Assembly (NCBI GenBank): GCA_000165425.1
Contig: CT868474.1
Span: 372,001-436,000 of the forward strand
Reading direction: 5' to 3'
Length of the DNA: 64,000 nt
DNA from: Paramecium tetraurelia
Taxonomy: Eukaryota
Position numbers and translations under genes: made by a program. Below the pieces are notes generated by a model. It did no database searches. It was not told the origin of the DNA and saw only the letters and a program-made list of their open reading frames with translations. Shown piece by piece: positions 56,871 to 64,000 of the stretch. The first letter of the stretch is position 1; each line of letters starts with the position of its first letter.

Positions 56871-59027
56871 ATGGATCCAAGAATGCTAGTTAATTATAAC
56901 ATTGAAGCTCCAGCTCCGAATTATCCAAATAGAAGTTTTTTCCTTGAGAAATTAATTGGTTATGGAGCTGAAGGATTTGTCTATTAAGGGAAAGTGTCAA
57001 AGTGGAACAACAGGGTAAACGATAGAGTTGCTTTAAAATTGCAACCAAAAATTAAATAAGACGAAATAAATTTCATATTGTCCCTTATTTCAATTTAAAA
57101 TAAATGCGAACAAGCAAGCAACCCAAAATTATTGTCGTTATCAGAACAGGCATCTTGTAATATTATCAGAGTTTATGAAATAATTAAATGGAATAATTAT
57201 ATCCTCATTCTGATGGAAGCTGGAGTCTAAAACTTGAATAGTTATTTGTTATCTGAAAAGAACCTAACTATTTAGACTAAACTAGATATTATGAAATAAG
57301 TATTGCCAATTTATATAAATTAGATCACATAATCTATTCTATTCTTGCACCAGATTGGGATAATTCACAGAGACATTAAACCAGAAAACTTCATGCAAGT
57401 CGGTTAACAATTCAAATTAATTGACTTCGGCTTGATTCGCCAAAACAGTGAACTAATAAAAACCGCTCATGTTGGAACTCCTCTGTTTGCAAGTCCAGAG
57501 ATCTTTGAAGAAACTACTCACTATACGTAATCGGTTGATATCTGGTCATTGGCTTGTGTTTTCTATGAAATTATTCAATCTTAACCCCTTATTTCAGGTA
57601 CTCTATTACAATATATATGTATAGGAAATACTATTGAGGATGTTAAGAAAAGAGTACTAAATCATAAGTACCAACCAGAAGCAATTTACAACAAGATTGA
57701 ATCTTTATAAGTATCTACCTCATTGAAAAGTTTATTAAAGTAAATGCTCAACCCTTCTCCCTAAAAGAGATGCTCAATAGAGGAAGTTTTGGATCAACTC
57801 TAAAATATCATGAAAAATGATTATTAATTAGGGTAATAACGCGATAATCCTAGATTAAATGATAGCAAAGATAATCCTTAATAATAATAATTTATGAATT
57901 AATCTCCTTTCAGATAAAATAAAACTGATTAAAACTTCTTTGTTTTTCAGAATTAAAATAATTAACAACAAGGTTCGATCTAAAAGAATGGAGTTTTTCC
58001 AATCAACAATTAGTAATTTGAAATGTAAAATTTTGTGAAAGGTGGAATTTCTTAAATCTAATAAATTTTGGGAACTCAAGTCTAGCAAGCGTAGGATTAG
58101 AATAGGGAATTAATAGAATAGACTATAAGTTTAACTTAATAAAATAAATCATTAATAGAACTTACTGAGAAAAATTAAAAATAGATAGAATATTTGGAGA
58201 AGAAATTATTTGAAAAAGAAAAGGATGACTCGAAGGAAAAATCATAGATTGTCTCAAACAGAAGCTAATGCAATTGCGAAGCAGAGAATAAAAAATTATT
58301 GGCAGAGCTTTAAAAACATATGGAAAAAGAAAATTAATCAAATCTTGAATAAATTAATAAAATGAATAAAACTTTTTCATATTTCTAAAAATCAATAGAT
58401 AGGATTTCAACAAATCTTGAAGAAATTAAAAAATAGCATAATGAAGAACCCACTAATTCTAAAAATAGTCAGTAATAATCCACAAGCACTTTAAATAGTA
58501 TTATTGGTTTCATTTAAAACTCTGAAAAGAACATGTAATAATCAATTGCATAATTACAATAGAATATTTAGTCGTATTAACAAATTTTAAATAAGTAAAT
58601 AGAGAAAAATGAATTTGATGAATTTAATAATACATAAAAAAATTCAAATGATAATAATTCGAAAATGATTGCATAAATTTATAAGCAAAACTAACAATTG
58701 AATAACAATTTATATGCTGAAATAATCAGTAAATTTGAGAAATTATTGTATGAATCATCTTTAGGCATTATTCAAAATCTTAAACACGAATTTACCAAGA
58801 ATTATTCAAAGATTGCAGATAGAATACAAAACAATACTGGTCAATCTCAATAGCAAAATACACAAGCATAGACACAGGTTACATCACACCAAAACCGGTA
58901 TCAATTTCAACAAAATCAAGTTATATAATAGACAAATTAATAGGAAGGAGTAAATTATAGTATTTATATTTAATAATTAACATTAGGGTCGTCGAATAAA
59001 TAGGAAAAGCCTAAAACTTTGAAATGA
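56871..59027 (+). CDS. Ser/Thr protein kinase with Gln-rich coiled-coil C-terminus
   Basis: IGYGAEGFVY, VALK, HRDIKPENF, LIDFG, VGTPLFASPE, VDIWSL. Confidence 0.87.
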
Positions 59028-59061
59028 ATTATATATATTATCTATCAATCATAACATTGTC

Positions 59062-60477
59062 TCAAGGTTCTTTATCTTCATTTAACTTAGTTTTACCATT
59101 TGCTCTTAATTTTTTGCAAAGGCATAAAATATATAAAATCATTGCGAACAAAATGAATAGAAATATGATAGATAATGTTATCATCCAAATAGGAACTTTC
59201 TCTTCGATCTAAAATTTAAGTTTAATTAATTTAGTACAATTGGGTCAATCTCAACTGAGCACTCTTTTTCAAAATCTCTCCTTTAATTTTCAATCAACTA
59301 TTTAAAGATTTTATAGGAACATTTCTTCGAATCCGTATTACATATGTTCATTTCGGTGCCATTATAAAGGACTTTAATGTAATGATCATGGGTCTGTTCC
59401 TCTTCCCACAATTCCCAAATAATATTAGAAGCAAATCCAGGATAAGTGTAAATACAATTTTTGTTACTGACTTCTTGTCCCAAGTAAACCTAAGCCATGC
59501 ATTCGGCTGATGTAAAATTTAAAGCTGAAGCAATCAATTACACATTTATATCATGGGCTGAATAGATGATATATTTTTGACTCTTATCGGTCTCTTATTG
59601 GGTCAATGCTGTATCAAAATAGGAGAGTAAAGATTCGAAAAATGGTGAAGAAAACACATCTACCTGACTATCTTAATAATTAAATAATTTACTGCTTGGT
59701 TTGATAGAGCTGTAAGGCAATAGTTAGGGCATAGAGAGAGTCAACTTTAAGATATGTTTCTTTTGTGAGATTAGGGGGCATTGGATAATCATTGTAAATG
59801 CATGAATAAAATGTATCCATATATTCTGTAAGAGTGAATATGTTGAATTCAAGTGGATCAATATTCATTTCATTACAAAATTATAGTAAAGTGCTTTAAG
59901 CTTTAATCATTACAGATATAGTTAAGTTGGTTTGCATGTTTTGGACAAACATTTCATACCCTTTAGGACAAATAAGTATTGATAAGAGTCTATCATCAGT
60001 TATTGCTTCTCTCATGTGAATAGGTAGTATTTGAATATCATGTTGAATGGCTGATTATCCAATATCAGTCGGTGTTTCCGCTCCTGGGTTTGGTGGAATC
60101 AAATAACTATCCTTAACATTAGGCACTTTGGGTCCATTGTTTGAATACATCCCTTGCAAATTACTCATGGCACTCATGATTGTTCGATTAACATCTGTTG
60201 AGTAAACAAGGATTTACGAGGCATCATAGGTATCACTTAGGAATTATAACTCAGTTATATATCTCTATCTCATCCATTGACCTAACACAAAATGTTATCT
60301 CATTCCTGTAGGAGTTAGAAAGCCATTCAACAAATCATTATACAGAAAGTATTCACAATTCCAATTGCAATTTACAGGCGTTCTTGATCCATGTCTCCAC
60401 ATAGCCTAAATAAACAACAATTTATCAGCACACAAGCATTGATATAAAATAATTGAGATGATTAGAATAATTTTCAT
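59062..60477 (-). CDS. Histidine acid phosphatase (lysosomal type, single C-terminal TM)
   Basis: Signal peptide, RHGSRTP, LTPTGMRQHFVLG, STDVNRTIMSA, YSAHD, YPGFASNIIWEL, TM helix near the C-terminus. Confidence 0.93.
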
Positions 60478-60751
60478 GAGTATCTCGAATATTTATTTAT
60501 GGATATATTTATTTAAGTTACATATCAGATTAAACAGGCATACATATATAAATTCTATATTGTCTATCTATAATATTATTAAAAATTTATGTAAATATTT
60601 TTGTAAAATAATTTAGTTTGTATATATCTAAAGGAAGTTGATAAAACTTAGAACTATCCTTTGATAAAATTGTAGATGTAAATCAAAACTATAAAAAATT
60701 ATATTAATTTCATTTATTTTGAAATAAATTTATTTGTAAAATAAATCCTCA

Positions 60752-61640
60752 ATGCTCTTGTCAACATCTAAATTGACTTCTTCAAAACTTTAAAGATCTC
60801 AGATATCGAGTCCTCAAAGATCAACTGTCAACTATCTAAGTCAGGACTTGGACTCCCCTTCTAGATAAAGAATAAAGCTTCTTTCAGACAAATGGAATCA
60901 CATCCAAAATGGAATTGATAAGGATAAATTAGAAAAGAGGGAGGTGTTAGAGGAAAGAATTAAAATCATTGAAGATGTTTTAGCATCAGAAAAACCAAAG
61001 GACGAATAGAAGTTCAAAGTGCTTAAGGATTCAGTATTGAAGTTGTAAGATTCTGCTCATAACTAAAAGTCCGAAAGAGAGGTTTGACTATCTCTTATGT
61101 TATATAGGCCTTTGATGACAAGAAAGAAAGAGACTTTAGAACTTTATCTGATAATATAGCTCTTTCTTTTGAATAGGAGAAGAATGCAAGAAGTCAGGGA
61201 GAAACCAAGCTACAAAAATAAATTGATGAGAGGTTTTCATAGATAACATTGACAATAACAAGGAACACACATCAATATGAGGATAGAAGTCAAGCTAAGA
61301 TAGCTGAAGTTCTTCAGTAGATTTAGATAGTGAAAAATTAATTGGATTAAGAAAGGAGATCAAGGTAGAACTATATACATATTGTTTCAGGGAAGAGTCC
61401 TCAGAAAGTTTGAGTGATTAGATGGATAGTGAAATCAATAAGTTTTCAGACTAATTGTTGGTTGAGAAAAAGGTGAGAGAAGAAACATAAGGGAAAATAT
61501 TCAGAATGATTGAAGATGTCCATGGGAAATTGTAATAGGACATTTCATTTGAAAGAAGAGAAAGAGAAGCCACGACTGAGGCATTATTGAAACTATTAGA
61601 AGATGCTTGCATCAAAATAGATAAAAATTTTAGATATTGA
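60752..61640 (+). CDS. SF-assemblin (striated/kinetodesmal fibre protein)
   Basis: S/P-rich head then rod with E...RE repeats: EKKVREETQGKIFRMIEDV...ERREREATTEALLKLLEDAC; two introns. Confidence 0.85.
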
Positions 61641-61783
61641 TATGATTATATCTATGTCATACGGTTTTATTTGGCCACATTTATTTATATATTGACTATA
61701 AAAGATGATGTTATTTCAAAATGACAATTTGAATGTCGCATGTATTATTTATAATGATAATGATTTCTATAATTGATGATATA

Positions 61784-62279
61784 TCATGCCTATTCTTATC
61801 CAACCTAGAGCTCAAGTTCAGCAATTCTTCTTTATAATCCAAGTAGTTGTTATTGTAAGGCAGTTTTCTCTCCTTTAAGAGCAGTAATTTACTATTATAA
61901 TCTAGAATTCTCTGCTTTCTGATGAGCAAAATGTCTATTGTTATTAAGTAATATGTACCTCTTCATTTCTTCTTCGATTCTCATGAGTTCATTAGTTAAT
62001 GTTTTCTTAACATCCTAAGTTTTCATGCTCAAAACTGATTCGAGTGTATCCTTCTCTGATTTCAATATTTAGACTTCTTTTTTGTGGAAATTCATCTCAT
62101 CCTAGATGCCTTTGATTGTTTCCTGATAGAATATATAATATCAGTTTCATTACTTCCAAGCTCATTAATTTCCCCTTCAAGGATGCAGGGTTTTATGATC
62201 CTGCAAAACTTTGACCTGTCTATCCCAAATCATTTCCTTTGGCAAGTGTATTTCCAGCTGACTTGAATGCGTTGCTCAT
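61784..62279 (-). CDS. Small coiled-coil protein
   Basis: MSNAFKSAG...SLKGKLMSLE...HFAHQKAENSRLQQQITALKGEKTALQQQLLGLQRRIAELELQVG; two introns. Confidence 0.85.
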
Positions 62280-62664
62280 TGAGGATGTCGAGTGTATATT
62301 TATAAATTAAAATTATTATTAATTTATGAAATCTCTTATCACAATATAAAATTCTCATTATAGTTTATTATTGATTAATAAATGTTATTCAATCATCACA
62401 AAATTAATTTTAATTAGTTTTTTTATTGATTCACATTATAAATAGTGCAATCAATATATAAATGTAAAATTATAAATAAAATTTTAGAACATTCATAAAG
62501 CATCTTATATTAATATTAAATGAGTTCTGAAAATACTAATTATATTCTCATGGATGCTTTCAATTTGTTTGCAGTGATTAAGATTGAGTAAGATTTTCTA
62601 TTAGTCCTTCTACATATTGTTTAATATTTAAAAATCAGTATTATTATTAAAATTATTAAAATAA

Positions 62665-63108
62665 ATGAGCTCTAATCCAAGTTCACCTCCAACTCCATAT
62701 AAGAATGGATCCATACTTTTAAATAGTTACACCATTAAGGACATCCTTAGACAATCACCTAACAAGAAAATTGACCTCTATGCCAAGATAATTGTAATGG
62801 AATTCGTTATTTTAGGCCATTTCTGAAGCATAATAATGTGATACAAAATATGGGCCACAATTCACCAAAAATATTTGTCTCTCAGACGGTACTGATATCA
62901 TTTGGGTATCAAGTAACGTAATTTGTTTTAGGCATCCTTACAATAGAAACTTTTAAATCAGCATTAGAACGATTTTATTCTAGAAAATCAGATAGTATTA
63001 AGAAACATGATCATCGAAGAGTAGGAAGGAGTAGTTTAATTAATTGATGACATTTGGACTTCAGTGTAGACTCCTGAGTCAGTGGAAATTAATTACTTCA
63101 CTTTATGA
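62665..63108 (+). CDS. Small stand-alone OB-fold protein (RPA/SSB-like), 131 aa
   Basis: Introns 62794..62815 and 62906..62931; TIKDIL...KIDLYAKIIAISEAQQCDTKYGPQFTKNICLSDGTDIIWASL...QIVLRNMIIEEQEGVVQL. Confidence 0.6.
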
Positions 63109-63321
63109 AATTCTTTATAAATTTTTTATATAGATACTTCACTTTATGATTATTATTTTTAACTGCTTGTTTTTAATTTATATTATTAAAATGAATAAAC
63201 CAATTGATTAATTCCAGTTTGAAGATTCAGACGACTCCCTGTTTCATTCATATCCATTTTAATTCAAAATTAAGGCTTTAAATCTCCAATATTTTTATGA
63301 CTCTAAATCATTAATATATTT

Positions 63322-63616
63322 ATGAAAAAAATTTTATACATAGCTATTGCTTTAGCTTGTATTGTAGCTTTCATGGCATTCAACGGCAGCATTTAAGAAT
63401 CTGTTTTTAAAAGAGTGAAAAGACACGATGTCTGGGGACCAGCATGCAGATAGAAATGCGCTGACAACAAGGGTGAAATCTGCGGATTTGTTTCACAGGG
63501 TTGTTGCACAATAGTATTGAAATTTATATGTTTAGGAACGTTGCTCAACAGGATTCACTGGGTAAAATTGCGAAAATAATTATAAATTACATATCCCAGG
63601 ATGTACAACAGATTGA
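63322..63616 (+). CDS. Secreted cysteine-rich prepropeptide, 90 aa
   Basis: MKKILYIAIALACIVAFMAFNGSIQESVFKRVKR-HDVWGPACRQKCADNKGEICGFVSQGCCTI|ERCSTGFTGQNCENNYKLHIPGCTTD*; 22-nt intron at 63514..63535. Confidence 0.8.
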
Positions 63617-64000
63617 TTTAGATAAATATTATTACATTATCGAAAATTATCATTATATTTACTTAAGGCAACTAAATTAATAGAGTTTATATATTGTTGA
63701 TAGTAAAATTTCAAATGATAATCGTAATCGATAGCATTAGATTTACTAAAAATATTTTAATTGATCTAAAATATTAATCTAAGTATAAATAGACGCCTTT
63801 GAATAAAAAACACCTAAATATAAATCTTAATCTAATTTTAAATTTGGGTCATTTTTGGTTTATAATTTGATTTGAAATACAATTGGTTTGCATTTAAGAT
63901 CTTATCTAAATATATTTATACAAAATTATATAATTTCAAAATAAAAATAATTGAAATTCCAGTGACATCAATATACCTCCTCAAAATTCACGTTCTTTTT

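Overview
AT-rich, gene-dense eukaryotic DNA that only translates sensibly with the ciliate nuclear code (TAA/TAG = Gln, TGA the only stop). Genes carry many tiny GT..AG introns (mostly 20-30 nt) and intergenic spacers are often under 100 nt, which points to a Paramecium-type macronuclear chromosome. The supplied standard-code ORF track is therefore fragmentary and many entries are antisense artefacts. Reading with code 6 by hand gives about 40 genes, including TMEM258/Ost5, CSE1, a GGNBP2 homologue, an HSPA12-like Hsp70, a DP transcription factor, kinesin-13, a degenerate NACHT-type protein, two divergent papain-family pseudo-peptidases (catalytic Cys->Gly), cap N7-methyltransferase, a Myb factor, five kinase-fold genes (one a pseudokinase), BOP1, a vacuolar sorting receptor, a PAQR, YIPF6, a shortened DNAAF5, a bromodomain-ET protein, a histidine acid phosphatase and SF-assemblin. 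The most interesting items missing from the ORF track are a 90-aa secreted prepropeptide (KRVKR site, 8-Cys mature peptide), a stand-alone OB-fold protein and the GGNBP2 homologue. No rRNA, tRNA, CRISPR, telomere or transposon was recognised. Family calls rest on remembered motifs, not database searches, and coordinates may be off by a few bases.
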